The notes under the pieces are model-generated. The model searched no databases, was not told the origin of the DNA, and saw only the letters and a program-made list of their open reading frames with translations. Of a stretch of DNA of 64,000 nt, positions 14,301 through 26,778 are shown piece after piece (position 1 is the stretch's first letter; each line of letters opens with the position of its first letter). Source of the stretch: Balanoglossus misakiensis (lineage: Eukaryota > Animalia > Hemichordata); assembly GCA_040954595.2 (NCBI GenBank), contig CM082589.2, positions 4,850,213-4,914,212 of the forward strand, read 5' to 3'. The translations under genes were made by a program, and so were the position numbers.

Positions 14301-17300
14301 GACCCCCCCCCCCCCCGGACACGTTTTAAATGTGACCCTTCCTCCAATTTCTCCAGCCCACCCCGTCGTTATAAATGAAAGCTCCCTGAGTGTTACTGAA
14401 ACTAACTTTTATCGCGATTTCGCCACAGACGGCCTTGCAGTGTGCGAAATCCTCAGGTATTTGATCACCCTAAATGGCTCGTACATGTATGTCTTCCCCC
14501 TTCACCTTGATGGCAATATCGTCTAATGAGCTGCATTTTAGGTCCATTGCGATGCTTTTACCATTAAATATTAATTTGGTCTAGCGTTTAGTGGAATTCA
14601 ACGGATCACGGACGTGCAACATCGGATACTAGTATGTACTTTACCCTGGATAGTGCAATTGAGTAGTGTAATAAATCAGCGGATGTAAAGGGGACTCATT
14701 TCGAGTCGTTTCGTTGAATTTGCATTCTTGAAGGTCATGCACAAGAACATCAAATGGAATACCCAATGTCGTTTGGCGATCCAAGTGATTCTTTTTGAAT
14801 GGCACCAAGTTAATGGAGGCGACTCGGGAACGTGTTATTTTTCTGCCACGTATACGTGTGTTTGAACACTCTCCACACTATAGAAGGGCAAGGTCGACGG
14901 GGCTAATAAACAAGACGTAATTACGGCGAGGTGTCAACGACAGTACTTCAACGGGGGAGCAGGCTGGCATACCCGTGGGGCGAGACACGGAGTCATGAAG
15001 TTCTTCCGTGTTGCGTTATTGGAGTTTGAAGTGGGGATGTTTGGCGGAAAAAAATAATGAGTTGGCAAACGCGCGGGACAACAGAAGGAGCTCGGGCACG
15101 CCACGACGCTGACATGATACATAATAAAGGTATCATGTGGATTAAGGCATCTGTATTTACGACGAGTCGCAATTCCCAGTGCCGCATTCTTTTTCCAAGA
15201 CTGTGTTACGCTGTTTCTGAGATAACCGTCTCTGATTAAATTGGCCGACACAACCTAATCCACGTTTACATTACCAATCGATAACCTGTACATAACAAGT
15301 CATCTCTACATTACTAGGCTTCCCTCCTAAAATTACTTACTCTATCTTCACAGCAGCCGTATTATCCATAGTGTAATATAAGCCTCAAAGGGACTCTCTC
15401 TCTCGCCTCCCTCTCCCTTCTCCCCTTCCCCCTTCTCTGCGCACCACAAAACAGCAAAACGAGCGTTTTGTGTGCGTTGCTTGTGGTGAAATGCTATACC
15501 CACCACCTACATGTAATTTACCTGCTGAACGTTGACATGACAATCCCTTGAGCTTGTCAAAAATGTTCTTGGTTGGTCGACAAAATACTAGGCCCACAGG
15601 CGCAATGGTCCGGATATTAGAATGAGTGTTGAAACTATCGTGAAAGGCCACTGATTCTTGGTAAGCTTATTTTAGAATAAGGCAACACAATCCTGACGTA
15701 CTAAGGGATTGGCTCAATTCACGATACATTTATATTTGTGTGTCTCGGGAACATTTTACATTATGCATAGAAAAATTGTTATACTCTGTACCTGTTTCCA
15801 AACGACCATGGTCAGTTCGGGAAGGAATTTGTAAATATCAAAGTTATTTGTTGACACGCTGGTAGCATCCACACACCGGAAGTGGACGATACGAGAAAAA
15901 CACGAACAGAGAAAAACACCGTAAACAGAGATTTACGACACTCAAGAATGATCCACACATTCCGTGAATCAAGATAACCCTCGGTAATTGAAAAATACTT
16001 GACATTATATATGATGTTTACTTCAGTGATAGTCCTGAGAACGTTGTTTTGCAATTCAGAATTCCCGGTGTCAGCAACGCGTGATTAAGGAAATGTTGGA
16101 CGATAATGAAATCGGGGGTCGTGGAAAGCACATTTCTGATTTATCTTTGCAAAACATGTAACTTGTACTTTCAGCTCTAGTACTGAGATTAAAAGGTTCT
16201 TTGGTGGGTATTCTCGCAGTTGTTTCCCGTTATGCAAATTCCGACAGAACTTAATCAACTGGCGCGCGGATCTAATTTGTTGAAGTTGAACGATGGGATT
16301 GACAAGGAGTGCATCGACTTCAGCAATTACGTGGTCCACGCCGTGGGACTGTCACAGGGGGTCATTTCGACTGAATGAATTTGCCAAGTACGAAATGGTT
16401 GCCTGTAGAGGCAATTACTGCACTGTGTACAGTAACGCACGTACTCTAATACGACAAACCACTGCCTCGGCGGATTGGTTCTTAGAAGACTAGTTTCAAC
16501 CTGCGCAAAACGGCGATGCATATCACACACCTGATGTGTAGATCTAGAGGAAGAATTACTATAGATTTGCTGGAATTTGAAATGGAAAATAACAATTTCC
16601 TTCACCTTTAAACTCCGAAGGAGCGCTTCTTCTCCAAGGGCATGGGTCACGCGTAATCTCACTAAAAACCGTTAATCTCGTCCGTTTTGCTGACAAGGAT
16701 ACAGCACCATTGGCTTTTGATGAATCCGTGTGCATACAACGCGTGATTTCAAATAAATGAACACTTCTGAAATTTGCATAATCAGTGAGGAAGGGACAGT
16801 TACATGTTCACGGAAAACCAACATTTACTGCTCAGGACGATGGCCGTGAACAACAGGTGGTTGGCGTCTTTGGGGCGGTTAGTGGTGGGGAAAATGTGTT
16901 TGTGGACCTGCAAAGTTTAAATGTCGTGAATTGATTGCTGTTTTTGGATCTCTCCTGCCGTGTCTGTCAGTTAGGCTCAGGGGGCTTCTGTCGCAACTCG
17001 TGCCCATGCAAACTGATTCGTTGACATCAAAGATTACCGGCGATTTGTTCAACGCTCAACTAGATGCACTAAGGCTGACCGTCAAATTTTTGCACCTCGC
17101 ATGGTGCCATAACAGGAGAGTTGACAAAATGTTAACCGCTTCTAGACTATGCCATGCAAAAAGTCAAAAATTGACAACCGCCGTTCGCTTTTGAAAACTT
17201 AAAGCACGGTACGTGCGTTCGCATACGCTCATTCACATGGTTGACATTTTGATTGAGCCACGGGGTGCATGTCTGGTTATACCGTTTGCAAGTGGGTTAG

Positions 17301-17638
17301 CTGGATTTCCTGTTGTCCTGTTGCTTGTAAAATTCACATCTTTCATGTTAAAACTCTCCTCTGCGAATCACGATTTCATCATGTACAGACTAATGTTTGC
17401 GCCACGCTTCTATCAGAACCTTTGTTCTAACCATAGACCTTTTCTCTAGGGTCTATGTTCTAACTTGAGGGGGTGGGGGGATTTCGCTGTGATTAATCCA
17501 AGCATGCCGTTTACCGTGGTATGGAAAGTAGAACAAGAAAAAGTAGTTCGCACACAGTTCAAAAATAGTTCAAATAGTTCCAAGATGATCGACGCTGTAT
17601 AAATGAACCTACTAATTAATATTTTCGTCCGATTGCAG

Positions 17639-19619
17639 GTACATCAGTGTCCATCAGTATACTCACACTGACCGCCATGAGCGTCGAACGCTACCTTGCT
17701 ATCAAGCACCCGATGAGGGCACGAAGCATCTCCAAAGTTAACCTCATACGGAAAGTGTTGGCTGTTATATGGATCTCGTCAATATCCTTTGCCTCTCCTG
17801 TCTTGTACTCCAAGAATGTGGAACATTTCAATTTACTGGGAAAGGACATATATTCGTGCAAGGAAACATGGCCGAATAACACCTCTTCGACCTACGGGAT
17901 GGTTCTGTTTATATTTCTGTATATCTTGCCGTCGATAATGATATTCTCAACGTACACCTTGATCGGGAAACGACTTTGTACCGAAGAAGTACAGCTGACG
18001 CAATCTGCGACAAACCTGCCCTACAACCACCAGAACAGAAACCACCGGTACTACGCCACATCCGTGCTGAGGGGGAGGCGGAAAATTGCCCGGATGTTAC
18101 TCATCGTCGCCATCTTGTTTGTGATCTGCTGGCTACCCTACAACGTGTTGCAGGTGTGGAAAGACTTCCACCACGGTGATACGACTTCAAGCAACGTCAA
18201 AATAGTGATTTCCCTTCTGCCGTTTGCCACTTTACTTGGCCACGCCAACAGTGCACTCAATCCGATCATTTACTCGTTTTTGCACAAAAGTTTTAGGAAG
18301 CATTTCAAGACAGCCTTTCACTGCGGAAATAATCGCCGACTTCCGGTAAGATTGTCGTACAATTGCATATGTATCACATTGAAGCCACATATATACCCTC
18401 TACAGAAAGTGATTCATACGCCATTCGTGTACAAATACATGTAATAGATCCTTGTCTGCAAGTCCCGGTTTATTTTGGTCGACCAGTAAAACAAATGACC
18501 AGCTGCACAGATGGTAGCCAGGTCTCCATACCCAGTGTGTTTTAGAGACTCACACTCAGAAGTCTTTCTAAAACCATAGACACTACTGTGTATGCTAAAA
18601 CACACAACACACAGGGTATGGAGCCCAGGCTACACAGATGGGGAAACAATCCAGTATTTTTAACCAGCTCATTATCTCACTAGACTTGATTGAACACAAA
18701 TGATAGCTCGTATACATGTGCTGGAATTGCACAGAAGACTGTTGCCTATACACAGAAATAAAAGGCACTTATTTATTTATATATTTATTCATTTATTTAT
18801 TTGCAGGCCGCCAATAAACTGCCGAACAGAATGAGACCATCGATAAGTCGGAGTACGAGCACAAGTCAAAGTAGCACGCGGTGGTCTCAAGTCAGCTGGT
18901 CCAGGAGCATGGCGGCGCTGAGGGAGAGGGTCAACTCGAGACGAAGTAGGTCATTGGGAAGCTTCCACATCAAGAGGTCGTTCAACATATCGGAGCACGA
19001 AATTCCCCGCCCGACTTTCTTCAAGACCGAACTATACCCGAACCACGTGCTGGAGCACCGAACGAAACCGCGGAAGCAGCGCCAGGTGGTAATCATGCAG
19101 CGCCCCCTCGCGCTGGCGTCCACGATCACCGAGGAGAGCTCCAATTACAAGTCGAGCGCCTCGCACAGCAACTCAAACAGCAACTGTTATCCGCACGGTC
19201 TTGTCCAGGTCCACCGCCTGAATGACGTCAAAGAGGAGGAGAAGTCGCCGGCCGAAACACCCGTCATAGTCAGGATGTTCAGAACGGAGAGCGCGCCGGC
19301 CGGGTACGAGACCAGGGAAAACAACATCGACCACTTGGTGAAAGACGACGACAGCGACCTCAACGACAGCGTGTTCGTGTTGGACGACTTCCAACACGAG
19401 GCTTACACGCAGACCAAGGGTACAAACACAGAGAACAACGATGATGAGGATAACAATGAGGATGACCGATCGGGTCATGCCATCGGCGAAGGGGGTTCTA
19501 GAAATATTGGACCAGATAGCTGCCTGAAAGCGGATAGTAATGAACCGATTTACGTAAATTTGACAAGGTCACCGCGCATTCCTGTTCGAAACATTATCTA
19601 CAAGGCGTCAAGTGTTTAG
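17639..19619 (+). CDS. Class A neuropeptide GPCR (orexin/QRFP/NPFF-like group), 3' part: exons 17639-18345 (TM3-TM7) and 18807-19619 (long C-tail); 5' exons not found in window
   Basis: SILTLTAMSVERY (TM3/DRY), YSCKETWP (ECL2 Cys), LYILP (TM5), RRKIARML..FVICWLPY (TM6), HANSALNPIIY (TM7), SFRKHF (helix 8). Acceptor ttgcag|17639, donor 18345|gtaag, and phase-0 acceptor ttgcag|18807 are frame-consistent. Ligand class uncertain. Confidence 0.93.
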
Positions 19620-22600
19620 TGTATCAGGGTACGTACGCGCATAAACCTTCGCAAACCTTCAATGATTTTGACCAATAGAATCGTTTCATATATTTGCGTA
19701 ATGTTTACGTCATTGCAGTTATTCAAGAAACTCTGAGTTAAGTTGGCTTGTTTTTTACCAGTGACTGTCTTTCTCTTCTGTCAAAATATGTTCTTATATT
19801 AATTTCCTGTTGCAGTACATGTAGTTTTCTGTACCTCCAATATGAACCCATTCTCACTAGAATACTACACTTGCAGTTTCCAACCATGCGCAACAGTAAC
19901 ATGCATTCTCGTGACGCAATTACGCGTGGTGATGTGCCGCGCAGTAGAGCGAAGTCTTTCATGTACTTACCCCGCTTTTCACACCTGTGTTAGATGTGGA
20001 AATACGGTTGCCTTCGGTGTCTGAATTTACACAAAAACAAGTATCAAACGCGCACGACTATAAAAGCTAAACCTTTGAAACCGGCACTTTGCTTAAGTGT
20101 CGACTATCTGTCTCACATTTCAACTGAAATTAGAGACAAGACCTTCGTGATCCGCGCTGTAATTCGGTACCATCACAAAAAAACAGACACATCACAAGTT
20201 TGAGTAGTATGACCAGAGTAACATGATCGTAACAGCTTGCCAGCTATGAATATCAAACAATTTGCCAAATTTAGCGATTCAAGTTTGCCAAAAAGGTCAT
20301 AGAAGTCATCGTTTCCGAACTATTGTGGATCACAATAAAATCTTTTCTGAAGTCCGCGAGACTCTGATCCGCCGTGTTTAACGACAAAAAAGCATCAATT
20401 TTGTTGAACTCTGCACCTATTCTAGTTTTATACAAAACTTGATTGTGTTACTTGGCTACCAGTCCGTTGCTATAGTAATTAACGAAACCTCGCGAGATCT
20501 CGCAAGAGCGGCTAACCCTAACCCTAATCCCTATTCCAAACAGTAGTCGCCGTCCACTCGAGTGAAACAAGTCTTGTTCTCTTGCAATGTAGAAAACGCT
20601 GCTTGATGTCACAGTGACAGGATCTTTCATATTGGTGGATGTATTTTTGTATGCGGCAGGTTAGTATCTCTTACGCTTGTCCGGTTCTCGGCTGTAGACT
20701 AATGTCCCTGACAGACACAGAGCGAAGGTGGTTAGGGAGCTTACGTTGGTGAACGTAGAAAGAAGAAGGCATTTGATTCGCCAGCGAGGTTATGTGCGGC
20801 CCTAGTCACGTGTCTGTCACAGTGATTTGTAAATATACATTCGTATGAGTTTGTCCACGGATGTGTATTTGTCATTTTCGTATTTTTCTAGAAATTATAC
20901 ACAAGAAATCAAAAGGGAAAAATGTTTAAAACTTAAATACATATCAAAGTTTCATGTTTGCTCGTTTTCTTGAATTTTTGCAGGGAAAACCATTTTGTGT
21001 CTTCTCGTAATGTTTTTAAGGATTAGACATATTTATTATAAAAATATCTCGGAAATAGTCTGAAGTTGTAACATATATTTCCTGAAATGTGTTCCGATAA
21101 ATTCATAGATTCTTTCTAATTTAAGTGTATGTTGTTTGCTAACATGAAGTATTGGCTTTGGCTAAAGTTTTTTATAAAGAGATCACTGAGGGCGATATCA
21201 TACCAGTTAGAGCTGGAATGTGTACGTAATTCCAGTAGTATGTAGTCGTGCGCTTGTATCATGCAGGTTTGAAGATTTGAGTGAAGTTCATACCCCTCAT
21301 GTGACTCTTGGACCATTATCCGACAGCCACAATGAATTTCATGAAATGCTTGTTGCTTGGTTGTGTGCGTCTATGTCATTGCAACTTGAATCACACGCAT
21401 TCGCTAGAGGGCGCTTAGTCGCAAAGGGCTATTGAAACTGAGCATTTACATTGTAATTTGAATATACAAATGTATCTCCTTTGAATAATGATTATAAGAA
21501 AGTGTTGTATTGATATAATGATGTCTGTATATAAAAGGATATTTCCAGTATTTTTCGTCAAATAAGGGCCAGCTTTTCAAAATCCGTTATGTGTGGTGGC
21601 ACTATCAGCCCGCCAAACTTTGCTTATTTGTATTGTAACTATCGCTTGCCTCCCGTAGTTGGTGCTGAAAGTTAAAACAAACCTTCCCTGTACATAATGA
21701 TTGGTGTTATCTTTGACAATCTCTATTTTGCGATGTTGTCAATTTATATACCTGTATATTTCATCCGATTGTATTGACGCAGGATTCCGTTCTTTTTAAA
21801 TCGTGTTTTCAAGTCCTCTCTTGAACTTGAAAGAACGTTTAGTCATCATGTTCTTGTCAACCCGCCACAGTTTTGTTATGGTATCTTTCTTAGAAAATTC
21901 GTTGCCTAACCTGAGAGTGCTTACACGTGAGTGGGTTTAGATCTCTGATTTAGAGTGGGTAGAACAGACCACTAGGCCACATACCTCTATAACTCTGTCC
22001 AGAATTCTACTGCCAACTCAGTAAACAAAACGGGTACATTTTCTCAAGAGATGAATTCAAAATAACAAAACGCCCATTCTAACTCCAGGTGTGTTTTCCC
22101 CACTTCACTAAAAACTTCCCATAATCAGCTGGCGTGCTCTGCAAGACATCGCCGCCATTTTGTAATCCAAGTGCAATAGAACTGTTAATGAACCATATTG
22201 GTTTGGTATTACGAAGTTTATACACATACTACAAGTTGTGGTTCCCCTGATTCTCTAACGATATACCTGACTTGCATAATGCATGTACATTGTATACCTT
22301 TAAAAAACCTTTGGCGCCAGAAGACAGCAATATAATGGTTACTTATTAGAATAGGTCTGTACGTTTGTTCCTAAATTGTAGTGTTGTAAACATTTTCTTG
22401 TCGGTAATATCTACAGAGAAAATCAACGACCCAAACAACAAGATCTCTGGAAACCAATGTCTTATGTACAGAGCTCGCTGCACCAGCCATCAGATTCACA
22501 ATTGCTGCTTACAGGCGTCAAAAGTTTTCCGTAACTCTCTGTAAAATACGAAGCCTTGCGCTCCAGCCATTAGTACAGTATATGACGCGGGTGATTTGAC

Positions 22601-22805
22601 TTGCATAGCTGTAAAAAGTAACCAATTTGTGGCAGTAAAACGCGTCCAACAAAGGAGATGTTTCAGTCATTAATAGTTGTGTATTACAGGGTAATGTACT
22701 TTTATCTTAATCTTAGTCACTGTACCGTCCATTAAATTTCTAAGTCGAAAATAACGCTCGCTGCGACGCTTCTAGTGGTGCCTTTGTTAATGAGAATAAC
22801 TGTGA

Positions 22806-22854
22806 GGATGGATGGATGGATGGATGGATGGATGGATGGATGGACGGACGGATC
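22806..22854. repeat. (GGAT)n microsatellite
   Basis: ggatggatggatgg... grading into ggac units. Confidence 0.9.
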
Positions 22855-23214
22855 GATCAACTTGACAATACAGGGAGGGGGTATGAACACGATGAATGTT
22901 AGTGACACGTGCATGAGAACCATTTTATCCCGACATACAATAACATAAGCTACATAGATACAGTACAGGCCCTACTAAATCGAAAGTTTTATGCGTGCTG
23001 AAGTTGGTGGTGCACTGTACATGTATTCAGTTACTTCGAGAGATTTATTAAATCTACCGCGAGATGGCGTGTTTTAAGACGGGGCCGGGTACGTGCATTG
23101 AATTGACCTAAACCGCGTTTAAACGTTCACTTTCCAACCGAATTTCCTACTGTCTTTGTTCGCAGTGTGGTCGAAAAACATCAAAGTAGGATTTGTGAGT
23201 AAATCACTCTGATT

Positions 23215-23320
23215 CGCTGCATTGGTTTCACGTAATCACGTGGACTGTGACGTAATGAAGCCATACATAACAAACATGGCGGCGCCCACAAACAACACGT
23301 GAACTTTTCCAAAAGGTACA
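23215..23320 (+). promoter_or_regulatory. Candidate promoter/first exon of a spliced transcript
   Basis: Clustered ATTGG (CCAAT), CACGTG (E-box), TGACGTAA (CRE/bZIP) and AACATGGCGGC (YY1-like) motifs, followed by candidate donor AAAG|gtacag at 23315. Confidence 0.45.
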
Positions 23321-23583
23321 GTACGATTCCATTTCATTCCTATGTAACGACGTTACACGTAATATACACATTGTGTAGGCTTTATAATATTAAGTGCTCT
23401 CTACTCGTCCGGGCCTTCGGCTACTCTCGCTACCTTAGTTTAGCCAGCATTTGCAGGATTTATTATGCTGTAATATCATTATGACATGACGAAGCGGTAG
23501 CCCTGCGCACAGGCGCCACGATCGCTTCGCGATGGGGGGCTGCAGTTCGCGATGGGGTGGGGGGCTTCAGTACCCCTATATAG

Positions 23584-25192
23584 ATTTTGTCATTTTTGAG
23601 TGTTTGTGAGTTATAATCCATGCATATGACATGAAAATGCCAAAATGACCAAATTTCACAAAGTCAACATTTTGTCATTATTTGAGTGTTTGTAAGTTAT
23701 AATCCATGCATATGACATGAAAATGCCAAAATAGCCAAAATTCTAGAAGTCAGGATTTTGTCATTTTTTGAGTGTTTGTGAGTTATAATCCATGCATATG
23801 ACATGAAAATACCAAAATGACCAAATTTCACAAAGTCAAGATTTTGTCATTATTTGAGTGTTTGTGAGTTATAATCCATGCATATGACATGAAAATGACC
23901 AAATTTCACAAAGTCAACATTTTGTCATTATTTGAGTGTTTGTAAGTTATAATCCATGCATATGACATGAAAATGCCAAAATAGCCAAAATTCTAGAAGT
24001 CAGGATTTTGTCGTTTTTTGAGTGTTTGTGAGTTATAATCCATGCAAATGACATGAAAATGCCAAAATGACCAAATTTCACAAAGTCAAGATTTTGTCAT
24101 TATTTGAGTGTTTGTGAGTTATAATCCATGCATATGACATGAAAATGCCAAAATGACCAAATTTCACAAAGTCAACATTTTGTCATTATTTGAGTGTTTG
24201 TGAGTTATAATCCATGCATATGACATGAGAATGGCCAAAATTCTAGAAGTTAGGATTTTGTCATTTTTTGAGCGTTTGTGAGTTGTAATCCATGCATATG
24301 ACATGAAAATGCCAAAATGACCAAATTTCACAAAGTCAACATTTTGTCATTATTTGAGTGTTTGTGAGTTATAATCCATGCATATGACATGAAAATGCCA
24401 AAATAGCCAAAATTCTAGAAGTCAGGATTTTGTCATTTTTTGAGTGTTTGTGAGTTATAATCCATGCATATGACATGAAAATGCCAAAATGGCCAAATTT
24501 CACAAAGTCAAGATTTTGTCATTATTTGAGTGTTTGTGAGTTATAATCCATGCATATGACATGAAAATGCCAAAATGACCAAATTTCACAAAGTCAACAT
24601 TTTGTCATTATTTGAGTGTTTGTGAGTTGTAATCCATGCATATGACATGAAAATGCCAAAATGACCAAATTTCACAAAGTCAACATTTTGTCATTATTTG
24701 AGTGTTTGTGAGTTATAATCCATGCATATGACATGAAAATGGCCGAAATTCTAGAAGTCAGGATTTTGTCATTTTTTTAGCCTTTGTGAGTTATAATCCA
24801 TGCATATGACATGAAAATGCCAAAATGGCCAAAATTCTAGAAGTCAGGATTTTGTCATTTTTTGAGCGTTTGTGAGTTGTAATCCATGCATATGACATGA
24901 AAATGCCAAAATGACCAAAATTCACAAAGTCAAGATTTTGTCATTTATTGAGTGTTTGTGAGTTGTAATGCATGCTTATGACATGAAAATGCCAAAATGG
25001 CCAAAATTCTAGAAGTCAGGATTTTGTCATTTTTTGAGCGTTTGTGAGTTGTAATCCATGCATATGACATGAAAATGCCAAAATGACCAAATTTCACAAA
25101 GTCAACATTTTGTCATTATTTGAGTGTTTGTGAGTTGTAATGCATGCATATGACATGAAAATGCCATAATGGCCAAAATTCTAGAAATCAGG
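23584..25192. repeat. 86-bp tandem satellite, 19 units (three are 78-bp deletion variants)
   Basis: Unit attttgtcatt(a/t)tttgagtgtttgtgagttataatccatgcatatgacatgaaaatgccaaaatgacc...; unit starts at 23584, 23669, 23755, 23841, 23919, 24005 ... 25107; two end variants (ttcacaaagtcaa vs ttctagaagtcagg). Confidence 0.97.
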
Positions 25193-26778
25193 ATTCATTC
25201 AAAGTAGAGAGTAAAATCCCCAAAAATATTCAAGTTTTTTTTAATTGAAAAGCAGACACACCAAAGATTGTACATTATTTTATCGTTTTATTTAACTTTT
25301 TATAAAATCATTACAAAACCAAAGTGTTGAAATTCAAATTGTATTCACTTGTTGTTTCAGCTCCATCAATGAAGCTGTCGTTGGTTGTCCAACAGAAAGA
25401 AGTCAAATCCGGCCATCATCTGGATGATCTGAAAAGACAAGGTAAGTATTAGAAAATGCAAGTAAAGGGGGGGGGGGGCATTTGTAAAAAACTTTCTAAG
25501 TTTTTTTGTTTTGTTTGACCAACAGAAAGAAGTCAAATCCGGCCATAGTCTGGATGATCGGAAAAGACAAGGTAAGTATTGGTAAATGCAAGTATGGGGG
25601 GGAGGGGGGGGTTTCAAAATTTTTCTAAGTTTTCTAAGTATAGGGGGGTATTTACCCTTACCATCCTACCGAAGTTTGCAAAAGACTAATAAAATCAGTC
25701 CTTAACTCTTATTACTTCGGTTGAGTAAAGTTAAAATTTTCCTACAATTGCATTATGGGTATCCTAATCTATGCGAGATCTTTTCATATGCAAAATATTT
25801 TTGCATGTGAAAATACCTCACATTGATAGAATGGCTGCTGGGTGAATTGGTTTCTAAGCAAATTCTCCCGTTGGCGTGAGCTTGTTCTGTGACCACAATG
25901 TAATTTATCTGTCGATTTTCAGTGATGGATCGACCTGAATCATGCCAAGATGCATCCAGCAATAACGATCTGAAAACAGAACAATTACAGAAAATGGTTG
26001 ATTATGAGTGCATGGAAGAGGAACCTAGCAGTACTGTGTCAGCTGAATGGACTATGGTAAGATTTCTGTTACCAATATTTTTATGACATTCAAGTGTTCC
26101 GTGCGCTGTGCTTTTTTTCTGAAAACCAATGAAATGTGAAGTCATCCATTGTAAAATTGATAAGTTGCAAAGAAATCTAGATGGATGACATCTCTCAAAG
26201 ATTTACTGGATGTTTTCGGTCATTTTCCAAAGAACTTAGAGACTGGTTCATTACTTTCAGTCAGCAGTGTCTTCCACTAAAGTGTTTTTATTTGTTTGTA
26301 GTTTAGTTAAAGATTGATTTCGTAACATATTTGTGTTGTTTTGTTAATTGCTAATGTTGTTAAACTTACCCTGATTTTGTTCTTTGCATTGCAGTGAGTT
26401 AAAGTCAAGGTGAAATCTTCTCAATGCTCAGATGATGGTTTGAAGAATCCAAGAGTACTGCTTAAGGTAAGGCCGAAACAATCTCAATTTAGCACACACA
26501 CACACACACTTCCTTTAATCTCACTATCATTAACACAACTGGCATCGGCTTGACTTTGCAAACTTTGGTGATTTTGTCATTTTCAGACGTTTTTCATGGG
26601 TTATAGCTCATGAAAATTGTCAAATTCTTGACTGTTATCAGTCTTTTTGTGTAATTAATATTGTTGTTAAACTTACCCTGATTTTGTTCTTTGCATTTCA
26701 GTGAGTTGCATTAAAGTCAAGGTGAAAAATTCAAGAGTACTGCTTAAGGTAAGACCAAATCAATCTCAATTTGACACT

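Noticed and set aside
14190-14390. Possible DNA-transposon terminus (poly-C tracts ending ...ataaatgaaagctccct)
   Set aside because: No matching opposite terminus or target-site duplication found in the window
18346-18444. C-terminal extension of the GPCR ORF in the track
   Set aside because: Read-through into the intron after a strong GTAAG donor at 18346
23584-25192. CRISPR-like array
   Set aside because: Units are contiguous with only two recurring variants and no unique spacers; no cas genes; eukaryotic context
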